From positions 1 through 64,000 of the IMG/VR virus record IMGVR_UViG_3300049009_000874: DNA of 64,000 bases, one strand, 5' to 3'. Within the stretch, counting starts at the first letter, position 1. Every line of letters starts with the position of its first letter. Below the pieces are notes generated by a model. That model was not told the origin of the DNA and did no database searches. It saw nothing but the letters and a program-made list of their open reading frames with translations. This DNA comes from a virus (lineage: Duplodnaviria > Caudoviricetes). The translations under genes and the position numbers were made by a program. This document shows, piece by piece, positions 38,929 to 48,784 of the stretch.

Positions 38929-40284
38929 ATGAAGGTTGAAATCGTCGGTTTCGAGCATTTGCATTTACACTCCGACTTCTCCGTCCTCGACGGGCTTGGA
39001 ACGTGCGAGGAGTACGCCCTCCGCGCCACCCAGATAAACCAGAACTTCCTCACCATCAGCGACCACGGAATGCTCGGCGCCGTACCGAGGCAGATACGAG
39101 CCTGCGACAAGGTCTGCGACAAGTTCGGCAAGGACAAGCTTTCCCCCATATTCGCCACCGAGCTTTACGTCAACAGGCTTCAGCCGCAGAGCAACTCGCT
39201 CGAGGACATGCAGAAGTTCTCTGGAGACCTTTCCCCCGAAGAGTTGCTGGAGCTCCGCCCAAGCCCCCACCTCCTCGCCATAGCGCACAATGAGATCGGC
39301 TACAAGAACCTCGTGAGGCTCACCAGCTGGGGCTGGACCAAGGGGTTCTACCGCAAGCCGAGGGTGAACTACGAGCAGCTCGAGAAGCACAAGGAGGGCT
39401 TGCTCTTCACGAGCTGCTGCTACAACAGCGAGATCGGGCGGGCGTTCGAGTCCGGCGGCGAGGAGGCTGCGCTCTCCATGATCGACAGGTATGTCGGGAT
39501 GTTCGGCAGGGAGAACTATTTCCTCGAGATAATGCTGCTTGATTTCGTGAAGCAGAAGCCCTACGACGCCTTCATAGTCAAGGCTCACCAGAAGACTGGT
39601 CTGAAGATAATCCTTTCGAACGACGTCCACTACTGCCGCAAGGAGGACAGCAAGCTGCAGCGTCTCATGCTGATGGTGCAGACCGGCAGGACGATACAGG
39701 ACATAGAGAAAGCCATGAAGGAGGACTCCATGCAGGACTTCTTCGAGCTGCAGGACAGCAACCTCTGGATGAAGTCGGAGGAGGAGATCAACGAGAAGTG
39801 GCTGAGCCACTACAGCGACGTCATCCCTTACGAGATATTCTGCGAAGCCAAGAAGAACACGGTCGAGATTTGCAGGAAGGCGAAAGGGGTGCAGCTGGAC
39901 AGGAGCCTGAAGCTTCCCGTCTTCCCGGACTGCGACGAGAGGCTCAAGGAATATGTCGTCATCGGGTTCAGGGGCAGGAATCTCCCTTCGACCAGGGAAT
40001 ACAGGGACAGGATCAAGGAGGAGCTCAGCCTTATCATAAGGAAGGGGTTCAGCACGTACTTCCTCATCCAGAAGATGATGACGGACGAGGCTAGGAAATG
40101 GTGCAGGGAGAACGTCGGCGGCGACGGGACCCAGGCTGTGGGTCCGGGGCGCGGATCCGCTTGCGGTTCGCTGGTGTGCTACTGTCTAGGGATAACGGAC
40201 GTCGACCCGGTCTACGAAGGTCTGCTGTTCAGCAGGTTCATGAGCGAAGCCCGCGGGGGAAGGTCTATCTGCTTCGATGCCTGA
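38929..40284 (+). CDS. dnaE: DNA polymerase III alpha, N-terminal part (PHP domain plus first half of palm)
   Basis: HLHLHSDFSVLDG, SDHG, NDVHY, GPGRGSACGSLVCYCLGITDVDP, LLFSRFMSEAR, then stop. Confidence 0.92.
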   Translation: MKVEIVGFEHLHLHSDFSVLDGLGTCEEYALRATQINQNFLTISDHGMLGAVPRQIRACDKVCDKFGKDKLSPIFATELYVNRLQPQSNSLEDMQKFSGDLSPEELLELRPSPHLLAIAHNEIGYKNLVRLTSWGWTKGFYRKPRVNYEQLEKHKEGLLFTSCCYNSEIGRAFESGGEEAALSMIDRYVGMFGRENYFLEIMLLDFVKQKPYDAFIVKAHQKTGLKIILSNDVHYCRKEDSKLQRLMLMVQTGRTIQDIEKAMKEDSMQDFFELQDSNLWMKSEEEINEKWLSHYSDVIPYEIFCEAKKNTVEICRKAKGVQLDRSLKLPVFPDCDERLKEYVVIGFRGRNLPSTREYRDRIKEELSLIIRKGFSTYFLIQKMMTDEARKWCRENVGGDGTQAVGPGRGSACGSLVCYCLGITDVDPVYEGLLFSRFMSEARGGRSICFDA

Positions 40285-41332
40285 CGTTTCTGGCATGGAG
40301 GTCTATGTCTCTCTCGACCATGTCCTTCACCAGCGAAGAGAAGTTCGTTTTCGGTTTCCACCCTAGGCTTTCCCTGGCTTTGCCGGACACCCCCCTCAGC
40401 GCGTCGATCTCTAGCGGCATATTGAGGGAACTGTCTATCTCGACCTTACCCTTCCATTCCCCGAGACCTGCGCAGACGAACGCCTGGCTCAGGAATTCCT
40501 CGACGGAATGGGTCTCGCCCGTCGATATCACGAAATCCTCAGGGTCGTCATTCTGGAGCATCATCCACATCGCCAGGCAGTAGTCCTCGGCGTGACCCCA
40601 GTCCCGCATAGACGATATGTTCCCTAGCTGAAGCTTGCCTTCGGACAATCCGTTCTTCTTCCTGCCGATCCAGCTCGTTATCTTCCTTGTCACGAAATCC
40701 TCGCCCCGCCGCGGGCTTTCGTGGTCGAACAGTATTCCCGAGCAGGCGAACATCCCGTGGGACTTGCGGTATATGCTTATGAGGTTGTGGGCAGCCAGCT
40801 TGGATACGGCGTAAGGGGAGTTCGGGGACATGCATGTCCGCTCGTCCTGGAAGGCTTCGAGGTCGAGGAACTCCTTCGGGTCGACCTTCCCGCTCCGTTC
40901 CGCCCTGTTGCCGTCCTTGTCGATGAACGAGAAGCACGACCCGAACATATCGCTCGTCGAAGCCTGGTAGACCCTGGAGCGCCAGGAATGGTTGACGACG
41001 GCTTCGATGAGGTAGAGAACCCCCTTGAGGTCAACGTCTATCGTGTAGGAGGGCTGGATGAAGGACTCTCCGACATGGCTCTGGGCAGCCAGGTTGTATA
41101 TCTCGTCCGGCTTGTGCTCCGAAACGACCTTCCGCACGAACAACGGGTCGCATATGTCCCCCTGCACCACCGAGAACCTCCTGTGCCCCAGCACGGTCTC
41201 CAGCCTGGACATGTTGTTCGAGGACGACCTCCTCGAGATGCCGGTCACCTCGTATCCCTTGCCCAGGAGGATCTCCGAAAGGTAAGATCCGTCCTGTCCT
41301 GTGACTCCGAAAACCATGGCTGTTTTTGACAT
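40265..41332 (-). CDS. gmd: GDP-mannose 4,6-dehydratase (variant active-site residues)
   Basis: GVTGQDGSYL, YNLAAQSHV, SPYAVSK, HESPRRGEDFVTRKI, RDWGHA. Confidence 0.9.
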   Translation of the reverse strand: MSKTAMVFGVTGQDGSYLSEILLGKGYEVTGISRRSSSNNMSRLETVLGHRRFSVVQGDICDPLFVRKVVSEHKPDEIYNLAAQSHVGESFIQPSYTIDVDLKGVLYLIEAVVNHSWRSRVYQASTSDMFGSCFSFIDKDGNRAERSGKVDPKEFLDLEAFQDERTCMSPNSPYAVSKLAAHNLISIYRKSHGMFACSGILFDHESPRRGEDFVTRKITSWIGRKKNGLSEGKLQLGNISSMRDWGHAEDYCLAMWMMLQNDDPEDFVISTGETHSVEEFLSQAFVCAGLGEWKGKVEIDSSLNMPLEIDALRGVSGKARESLGWKPKTNFSSLVKDMVERDIDLHARNVRHRSR

Positions 41333-41419
41333 TTTTTTCCTTTTTGGTGTATTATCTGAAATAGTATTTTTTGCGAATATGTCATTTGAAAATTTAAAAA
41401 AACAAACTATATTGATTTT

Positions 41420-41839
41420 ATGGAAACTACAATCACCGTAGATCTCGGCACGATGCCGGATCTAATCTACATGATCATCAAGGACGAAACTTTATTCGCT
41501 GAATTGAAGGCGGAATTTCCAGATATTCTTGCCGACCTGACAACACTGAAGACCAACCCGAACTGCTCATGCAGGGGCAAGGTTGGCAAGTTCTTCTCCG
41601 ACAAAGTGGCTACCGATCCGAACATCTTGGAGAAGTACTACAAGGACAAGGCTGCGATAGTCAAGGAACTTGAAGCGATCAAGCTGAAAAGAGTCAACAA
41701 CGCAATCAACGGCAAAGTCTTCAAGGTGCAGCTCGGCGACGAGGCTTGGGCTAATTTCAACAAGACCATTGTTGGAAAAACCTTCAGAAGCTTCTCCGTT
41801 GTCCGAGAGTTCGACTACATGTGGGTATACTTCCTATGA
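41420..41839 (+). CDS. Hypothetical protein
   Basis: 139 aa, NPNCSC motif. Confidence 0.75.
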   Translation: METTITVDLGTMPDLIYMIIKDETLFAELKAEFPDILADLTTLKTNPNCSCRGKVGKFFSDKVATDPNILEKYYKDKAAIVKELEAIKLKRVNNAINGKVFKVQLGDEAWANFNKTIVGKTFRSFSVVREFDYMWVYFL

Positions 41840-42129
41840 TTGAGTCGTTTTTGATCTATCTGGTCGCGTGCCTTGGCGTCACCTACGCCTGGTCCGACAC
41901 CGATGTAGCGCGACCTTTCAGGAACCTGGTAGCCAGGATACCATATGTAAATGTCCCGATGCTCTGCCACGAGTGCAGCAGCTTCTGGTTCTCGTTGGGA
42001 ATCTCATTTCTGCTCAACCCGGTTGGCGAACTATGTGTTCCGTTTTCCGGGAATCTGATTTCCGCCTTTTGCGGCTTTTTCGCGAACCTGGTGTTCGTTC
42101 GAAACCGGTTGGTGGCATACAAGGAATAG
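41836..42129 (+). CDS. Small membrane protein (DUF1360-like CxxCxxFW)
   Basis: Hydrophobic segments; LCHECSSFWFS; ATGA overlap. Confidence 0.65.
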   Translation: MIESFLIYLVACLGVTYAWSDTDVARPFRNLVARIPYVNVPMLCHECSSFWFSLGISFLLNPVGELCVPFSGNLISAFCGFFANLVFVRNRLVAYKE

Positions 42130-42146
42130 GGATGACTTGAAATAGG

Positions 42147-42183
42147 GAAAAGGGCTGGCTTGATATTCAAGCCAGCCCTTTTC
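42147..42183. terminator. Bidirectional intrinsic terminator
   Basis: Perfect 17-bp inverted repeat GAAAAGGGCTGGCTTGA-TAT-TCAAGCCAGCCCTTTTC between convergent genes. Confidence 0.88.
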
Positions 42184-42187
42184 TCGT

Positions 42188-45100
42188 TTAGCAACCCTGA
42201 TCGTCATAGCCGTTGAAGAAGAACGTGTGGGTTGGAGGGTTTGGCGGCGAACCGGGATATGTGGCTGCCCTTGTGTGCGACAGCGTGCCCGAGCCGGCAT
42301 ATCCGCTGAGAGACACGGTTATAGAGGTTCCGACCGGAACATTTACGGCTCCAAACGAAATTGCGGACGACGAGTTGCTTATGGTGCCGCCCGGACCCCA
42401 GGATGTCGTGTAGCTCATCGATCTGGATCCCGGGGTAAGAGCGGAAGAGACGCAAGACGGGGAATTGTATGGATAAACGCAATCGCCGCCGCATCCGTAA
42501 GCCTGGAAGTAAATCTTGATCGTCAATGGCGGCAAGTTGCATGACCCTAAAATGCATTCTTCGCCCGGTTCGCAGTCGTTTCCGCATTCCCCGCAGTTTG
42601 CTTCGTCTGTCTGGAAGTACGAGCTGTCCCGGCAAGTCCCGGCGCAGCATGTTTGCCCCGCAGTGCAGGCGTTTCCGCATTCCCCGCAGTTTGCTTCGTC
42701 CGTCTCGAGGGAGCTGGTGGCGACGCATGAGCCGGCGCAACAAGTTTGTTCCGCGGTACAAGGTTGTCCGCAACCGCCGCAGTTTGCTTCGTCCGTCTGG
42801 AGGGAACTGGTGGCAATACATTCCCCGCAGCATGTTTCGCTTTCAGCGCAAACGATTCCGCAGTTCCCGCAGTTGGCTTCATCCGTCTCGAGGGAAATGG
42901 TGTCGATACATGACCCGGCGCAACATGTTTCCCCGGCGGCGCAAGGTTGTTCGCAACCGCCGCAGTCGGTTTCGGAGGTCTGGAAGTACGAGCTGTCCCG
43001 GCAAGTTCCGCCGCAACATTCCCCGCCAGCGCAAGGTTGTTCGCAGCCTCCGCAGTTGGCTTCGTCCGTATCGGTGTTCACGCACGACCCGCCGCAACAT
43101 GTTTCCCCGGCGTCACAAGCGATGCATAGCAGACCGCAGTTTGATTCGTCGGTATCCGTATCCTTGCAGTCTCCGCCACAGCAATGACCCGTAATGCATA
43201 CATTTCCGCAAGATCCGCAGTTACTATCGTCGTTCCCGTAGATGTCTTTGCATTCCCCTCCGCAACATTCCAAGTCTCCGGTGCATTTGTTCGGACATGA
43301 ACCGCAATGGTCCTTGTCGTTGTCGAGATTTTTGCAAGAGCCATCGCAGCATGTCTGTTCCGCGAGGCAAACATTCGGACATGTTCCGCAATGACCTTCA
43401 TCGTTCTTTGTGTCTACGCATGTATCGTTCGGAAAATCACCGCAACATGTAAGTCCGTCGGGGCATGAGCCGCCGCAAGGTGCGCATGTCGGGAAATGCT
43501 CGGATTCGTCTTCGTAAACAGATGGACAGCCACCATTGCAAAGCGTGCCCCCTGGGTGTTCATGATCGCAACAGGTATAGTTGCTTGGATTAGCCCCATA
43601 AGTTCCAAGAATGTCGTAGTTGCAACCTACTGCGTCGTGCCCCCATGGAGCCGTGCATTTATATTCCGAAGGGTTATCATAGTCAAGATACCTGCAACTT
43701 GCGCATGGTCCTTCTCCGGCGGAACAATATCCCACAGAAGGGCATGCATTTCCATGTGCCTCCGCAAAGGCTCCCGTGCATTCCGGGACATTGCAGGAGT
43801 CGTAGCATTCGCAACTGACGAGTTCCCATTGCAGGTTATTCACGTTCCCTATCGCCTTGTATTCGCAGCCTCCGAAGCATGTTTTTGCCGGCAGCGAGGG
43901 ATTTGGCGGCGGATCTGATGGAGGACATGCGTCATAGGTGCATGGTATGGTCGTTCGTTGACCCCAGAAGGTTGGCGCAGATCCCAACAAAAAAGCTTGT
44001 TGGGATTCTGTCGGAAGTTTGCATGTTCCGCACGGAACACACTCGCCATTCACGCATTTTGTCGTTGGAGGATCGCCCGACTCAGGGCATTCAGCACCAC
44101 TTTCCACTGCGTTGCATTTATTCCCGCAACCGCCGCAGTTGTCGTTGTCCGTATTTGGGTCTACGATAGTCGCGGTCGGTTTTGGTAGATCGCCATAAAT
44201 ATTTGGAGGACCCCACTTTGGGCAGCAAATATCAGTGCCAACAGTTCTAATCCCGCAACCGCCGCAGTTGTCGTTGTCCGTCAAAGTGTTAACGGGTTCC
44301 CCATCACAGCACTTTTGTTGCACTTGATCGGATGTATCCACAGCGTTCCCGCAACCGCCGCAGTTTTCGTCATCGGTGTTTGGGTCTACTTGAGTGGCTG
44401 TCGGTCTTGGTAGCTCGCCATAAATATCTAGTGGACCCCAATGTGGGCAGCAAATCTTAGGAGCTTCAACCCTAACGCCGCAGGCGCCGCAGTTGTCGTC
44501 GTCAGTCAAAGTGTTAACGGGTCCCCCATCACAGCACTTTTGTTGCACTTGATCGGATGTATCCACAGCGTTCCCGCAACCGCCGCAGTTTTCGTCATCG
44601 GTGTTTGGGTCTACTTGAGTGGCTGTCGGTCTTGGTAGCTCGCCATAAATATCTAGTGGACCCCAATGTGGGCAGCAAATCTTAGGAGCTTCAACCCTAA
44701 CGCCGCAGGCGCCGCAGTTGTCGTCGTCAGTCAAAAGGCTGACTGGTTCACCCTCACAGCATTTTTGTTGCACTTGATCGGATGTATCCACAACATTCCC
44801 GCAACCGCCGCAGTTCTTGTCATCGGTGTTTGGGTTTACTTGGGTTGCGGTTGGTGGTGGTGGATCGCCATATGCATCTGGAGGACCCACATGCGGGCAG
44901 CAAATCTTAGGCGCAAGAGCCCTAGTGCCGCAGGCACCGCAGTTGTCGTCGTCAGTCAAAAGGCTGACGATCTCACCATCACAGCATTTCTCTTTTACAT
45001 ATGGCGATGTGTCCGCGACATTCCCGCAACCGCCGCAGTTTTCGTCATCGGTATTCGTGTTGGTAATAAAGAAAGTTGATTCGTCTGGAGCGCCAGCAAT

Positions 45101-48100
45101 AACAACTGGTTTCGGACAGCAGGATGTCGGATCTGTTGGATTGTCTGGATCGGCTGTGTCTCCGCAACTCAAGCAATTTTCATTTGACCCTTTTGCCGTC
45201 GGAACCCCGTCGCAGCAAAGTTCTTCGGCTACTACTTCGCAATCGCCGCAATTTTCAAGATCACTAAGTACATCTATGCACGAGCCACCGCAGCATTTTG
45301 TTCCTTCTCCGCAAGCGTCGCCGCAATCGGAACAGTTGGTGTCTGTGCCGACGTCGGTGCATTCGTTTTCGCAACACATCTGTCCTTCCGTGCATGAGTT
45401 CGGACAGTCACCGCATGGATTGTCAATGCATGTTCCAGAACAGCATTTCTGTTCCGGATAGCACACTGGAGTTTGGCAAGACGTGCAACGTCCATTCCCG
45501 TCACAGTATTGATCCGCGGTGCAACATGCCTTGTTGTTCCCAGAGCCACAGCAAATCGTTCCGGCGTCGCAACACTCGCCGTTGCAGCAGGTCGTTCCGG
45601 GAACTGTACATTCGCATTCCACGCACCCGCCGCCTTCTCCGCAATAATCGGAATCCGCGCAGCACCCGTCATTGCAGCAAACCTTGCAGCATGTCGTTCC
45701 GCCTTCGCAGCATGTTTCGCCCTCGGCGCACGGAGAAGGGCATTCTGCGCAAACTCCATCTTTGCAAGCCTGTCCTTCAGCACAAGGGGCTGCATCACAA
45801 CTACCGCAATGGGCGGTGTCGGTCTGCATGTCAACGCATTGCGAATCACAACATGTCTTTCCGTTTGGGCAAGGATTTGGAACGCAAACGCTTCCGTCCC
45901 CGCTGCAACCGGCGGCGCAGTTCTCCGCCCCGATGTACTCTCCTATCTTCGCCTGGGTTTCAGCGTTGAACGATGCTTTTGGTATACAGTAGGTTGGCAT
46001 ATCTTGTCCTTCTATGTTATTTACACAAAAATATATATCTCCGACACACGCCAATTTATCGTCAACACATGACAATCTGTCGTCCGCGCAATACGTGTAG
46101 TCCGGTTCTTGTCCGCAAGTGCCATAAAAAGCAGAATACCCAGGCTCCTCGTGTAAAACCCAAGCACCTCCCACGGCATCAAAATAACAAGATCCATCAC
46201 AGCTTACTGTATTTCCAACGCATGAAGCCACGAAAGCGACATCGTTCGGTTCGGGTTGTGGAGGCATTCCCTGTTCGTATCCCTGACACTCACATTCTGG
46301 TTCCGCACAGTTTCCCAAGAAGCATTTCGGAACTGTAAATGTGTCGCCTGGAGGTTCTTGGCATGTCAATCCGCAGATCCCGCAGTTGTCGGGATCAGTT
46401 TTTAGGTTTCTGCAAACGCCATTGCAGCATTGCCACAGATTGATCTGGTTGATTCCTTGCGGACACTCTATTCCGCAGTCACCACAGTTGTACATGTCGT
46501 TGAGAGGGTTCTTGCAAACCCCACCGCAACATATAAATCCAGGAGCGCAAGCGTATCCGCAAGAGCCGCAGTTGCTCTCGTCAGACCATATGTCGATACA
46601 TGAATTGTTGCAGCAAGCGGTTCCAGCCGCAAGACATGGAGGGTTGCATGCCAAGCAAACTCCATTTACGCACGAGTGTCCTCCGACACATACGGTTCCG
46701 CAATTCCCGCAGTTGTTGTTGTCGGTGTTTCTGTTCACGCAATTGCCGTCGCAACAGGTGTTTCCGGCAGGACAGCAATTGCCGTTGCAGCATGTTTCGT
46801 TAATGCCACAAGGATGGTAGCAAGATCCACAATGGTTTACGGAAACATTTAAAGGTATGCATTCGTAATTGCAGCACTGAATGTTGAGGGCAGGATCGAA
46901 AGCGCATTGGAAGTTGCAACTTCCGCAATTAAATGTCGAGTCTTTTATGTTTTGGCATCCCCAGGCTGTTTCGTCATAACAACATGTTTCTCCTTCCGCA
47001 CAAACACTGCCGCAATATCGGCAATTGTTAGGATCGGTCCGTAAGTCTTTGCACTCGCCATCGCAGCATGTCTGTGGAGTCGTGCTTCCCGGACCGCTGC
47101 AAAATGTAACGCAATCTCCGCAAAAATCCGGGTCGTTGTAGATGTCCTTGCAAGTTGGTGTTCCATCGACGGTGCAGCAGCCGTCTTCTGTGCAGCATTC
47201 GCCGTTGCAGCAGAACCCCAGAGGAAATAGACACGGAATTCCGCAACCGCCGCAATTTGCGTTGTCGTCATTTGTGTTTTTGCACTCACCGCCACAGCAT
47301 TCTTGTCCTTCTCCGCATGCCGGGACGCAACTGGCGCATTCGTAGGTTACGACCTGACCATCGGTACCATCTGCCGTCGGCGCTTCTCCTGGACAGTTGC
47401 ATCCCTGTGGGCATGTCGCAGTCGCAGTCCATGATCCAGCCAACGCCCTTACTGTTCCGTTTTCATCCTCGTCTGTTGACAATGCGTGGAATGAGGGATA
47501 CATGCACACGCAGTTTTGAAAAGCAGTTTGTCCAGACAGGCAAACATCCGATGGCATTCCGGGAGCGACTTTTCCAGTACAACCAGCGGGGCAGTCATCG
47601 GGTGTAGTCCAGCTTCCAGTAAGAAAAACAGGATTCGAAGGGTCTTCTGGACAAGAAGGACTTGGCAACCAAGTCCAGTTAATTGTAACATTGCAATCTT
47701 CTGGAAGGCACTGACCACATGGTTCGAGAGCTTCAGGTGGAGACCATATTTTATATTCGGCACCAAGACATGTTGGGCGATCAGGAACTCCGATAGCTTC
47801 ATAATCAAAACAGCAAGTCGAATCTCCAGTTGAACAATTTTCTTCTGTTGGCACAAGACTAGTCAAGTAAAAACCCAACTGAGCATTTCCATTACTAGGA
47901 TCGTTAGCAAGGCAGGTGTAAGTTTTACAGCACCCAGTAGTAGTAGTACATGGCTCTGGACTCCATGTCAGGTAAAAAAAACCTGTAGATTCTGGGCTTC
48001 CATCGCAAGGTATATTTGGAGGGCTATCGACAGAGCAATCTGTAACTGACGGGTATTGCGATTGAAACACATACTCATTTTCAGTCGAACAGACATAACG

Positions 48101-48784
48101 GCTACAACATCCAGTAACGGTTTCTTCACCCCAAGTCCAAGAACAGTTGTTCAACGCGCAAGGGTCTTTGCAGACACCATTGTCGCATATTTTACCGGAC
48201 GCACATGGAACACCGCAACCACCGCAGTTCGATGTGTCGGAACCCATGACGTTCACGCAAGAACCGGAACAGCAGCTTTCCCCGGCAAGGCAAGTATTTC
48301 CGCAATAGCCGCAGTTCGCAACATCTGTCTGGAGTGATTCCGTGTCGATACAATCGCCGGTGCAGCATGTTTCCGAAGGTTCGCAAGCTATTGTGCAAGA
48401 ACTGCAATGGTCATGATCAGTTTGCAGATCCACGCAAACATTGTCACAGCATGTCTCTGATGGTTCGCATTGAACGCCACCACAGAGGCAGCAGGTGCCG
48501 GTGCATTCGACTTGAACGATACCTTCGCAGCACCCGATTAGGGTTTCATTCGATCCTTCGAAGTCAGGATCGCATGGAGGAGGATTTGTCGGCAATCCGG
48601 GCGGCGGAGAAGATGAGCATCCTTCCGGACAAGGAACAGTCAGAACCCACTGGACATTGTCAAGTGGTCCGCCACATTTTCTCGGGTCCCAAACTACAGC
48701 TTCATAAGAGGCAGAGTGTCCGCAACCTTTTTCGGCAAGTGCGAAAACTATATCCCAATTCTCCACCAGTTTTGGATCTATCAT
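42188..48784 (-). CDS. Giant 2198-aa Cys-rich protein made of Stig1-like repeats
   Basis: Dozens of D-x-x-(N/H)-C-G-x-C-G-x-x-C...CC-x-G-x-C units; no signal peptide or TM seen. Confidence 0.85.
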   Translation of the reverse strand: MIDPKLVENWDIVFALAEKGCGHSASYEAVVWDPRKCGGPLDNVQWVLTVPCPEGCSSSPPPGLPTNPPPCDPDFEGSNETLIGCCEGIVQVECTGTCCLCGGVQCEPSETCCDNVCVDLQTDHDHCSSCTIACEPSETCCTGDCIDTESLQTDVANCGYCGNTCLAGESCCSGSCVNVMGSDTSNCGGCGVPCASGKICDNGVCKDPCALNNCSWTWGEETVTGCCSRYVCSTENEYVFQSQYPSVTDCSVDSPPNIPCDGSPESTGFFYLTWSPEPCTTTTGCCKTYTCLANDPSNGNAQLGFYLTSLVPTEENCSTGDSTCCFDYEAIGVPDRPTCLGAEYKIWSPPEALEPCGQCLPEDCNVTINWTWLPSPSCPEDPSNPVFLTGSWTTPDDCPAGCTGKVAPGMPSDVCLSGQTAFQNCVCMYPSFHALSTDEDENGTVRALAGSWTATATCPQGCNCPGEAPTADGTDGQVVTYECASCVPACGEGQECCGGECKNTNDDNANCGGCGIPCLFPLGFCCNGECCTEDGCCTVDGTPTCKDIYNDPDFCGDCVTFCSGPGSTTPQTCCDGECKDLRTDPNNCRYCGSVCAEGETCCYDETAWGCQNIKDSTFNCGSCNFQCAFDPALNIQCCNYECIPLNVSVNHCGSCYHPCGINETCCNGNCCPAGNTCCDGNCVNRNTDNNNCGNCGTVCVGGHSCVNGVCLACNPPCLAAGTACCNNSCIDIWSDESNCGSCGYACAPGFICCGGVCKNPLNDMYNCGDCGIECPQGINQINLWQCCNGVCRNLKTDPDNCGICGLTCQEPPGDTFTVPKCFLGNCAEPECECQGYEQGMPPQPEPNDVAFVASCVGNTVSCDGSCYFDAVGGAWVLHEEPGYSAFYGTCGQEPDYTYCADDRLSCVDDKLACVGDIYFCVNNIEGQDMPTYCIPKASFNAETQAKIGEYIGAENCAAGCSGDGSVCVPNPCPNGKTCCDSQCVDMQTDTAHCGSCDAAPCAEGQACKDGVCAECPSPCAEGETCCEGGTTCCKVCCNDGCCADSDYCGEGGGCVECECTVPGTTCCNGECCDAGTICCGSGNNKACCTADQYCDGNGRCTSCQTPVCYPEQKCCSGTCIDNPCGDCPNSCTEGQMCCENECTDVGTDTNCSDCGDACGEGTKCCGGSCIDVLSDLENCGDCEVVAEELCCDGVPTAKGSNENCLSCGDTADPDNPTDPTSCCPKPVVIAGAPDESTFFITNTNTDDENCGGCGNVADTSPYVKEKCCDGEIVSLLTDDDNCGACGTRALAPKICCPHVGPPDAYGDPPPPTATQVNPNTDDKNCGGCGNVVDTSDQVQQKCCEGEPVSLLTDDDNCGACGVRVEAPKICCPHWGPLDIYGELPRPTATQVDPNTDDENCGGCGNAVDTSDQVQQKCCDGGPVNTLTDDDNCGACGVRVEAPKICCPHWGPLDIYGELPRPTATQVDPNTDDENCGGCGNAVDTSDQVQQKCCDGEPVNTLTDNDNCGGCGIRTVGTDICCPKWGPPNIYGDLPKPTATIVDPNTDNDNCGGCGNKCNAVESGAECPESGDPPTTKCVNGECVPCGTCKLPTESQQAFLLGSAPTFWGQRTTIPCTYDACPPSDPPPNPSLPAKTCFGGCEYKAIGNVNNLQWELVSCECYDSCNVPECTGAFAEAHGNACPSVGYCSAGEGPCASCRYLDYDNPSEYKCTAPWGHDAVGCNYDILGTYGANPSNYTCCDHEHPGGTLCNGGCPSVYEDESEHFPTCAPCGGSCPDGLTCCGDFPNDTCVDTKNDEGHCGTCPNVCLAEQTCCDGSCKNLDNDKDHCGSCPNKCTGDLECCGGECKDIYGNDDSNCGSCGNVCITGHCCGGDCKDTDTDESNCGLLCIACDAGETCCGGSCVNTDTDEANCGGCEQPCAGGECCGGTCRDSSYFQTSETDCGGCEQPCAAGETCCAGSCIDTISLETDEANCGNCGIVCAESETCCGECIATSSLQTDEANCGGCGQPCTAEQTCCAGSCVATSSLETDEANCGECGNACTAGQTCCAGTCRDSSYFQTDEANCGECGNDCEPGEECILGSCNLPPLTIKIYFQAYGCGGDCVYPYNSPSCVSSALTPGSRSMSYTTSWGPGGTISNSSSAISFGAVNVPVGTSITVSLSGYAGSGTLSHTRAATYPGSPPNPPTHTFFFNGYDDQGC
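42580..43150 (-). repeat. ~90-93-bp (30-31 aa) tandem units near the 3' end of the Cys-rich gene
   Basis: CCGCAGT anchor at 42591, 42684, 42777, 42867, 42960. Confidence 0.8.
44120..45050 (-). repeat. About four near-identical 225-bp (75-aa) tandem units inside the Cys-rich gene
   Basis: GGGCAGCAAAT recurs at 225-bp spacing (near 44220, 44445, 44670, 44895). Confidence 0.9.

Noticed and set aside
40267-40284. Split-intein N-fragment (CFDA) at the end of dnaE-N
   Set aside because: Only four residues before the stop, and dnaE-C has no HN-C/S/T intein C-terminus
44120-45050. Diversity-generating retroelement TR/VR pair
   Set aside because: In-frame tandem coding repeats, differences not obviously adenine-restricted, and no reverse transcriptase in the window
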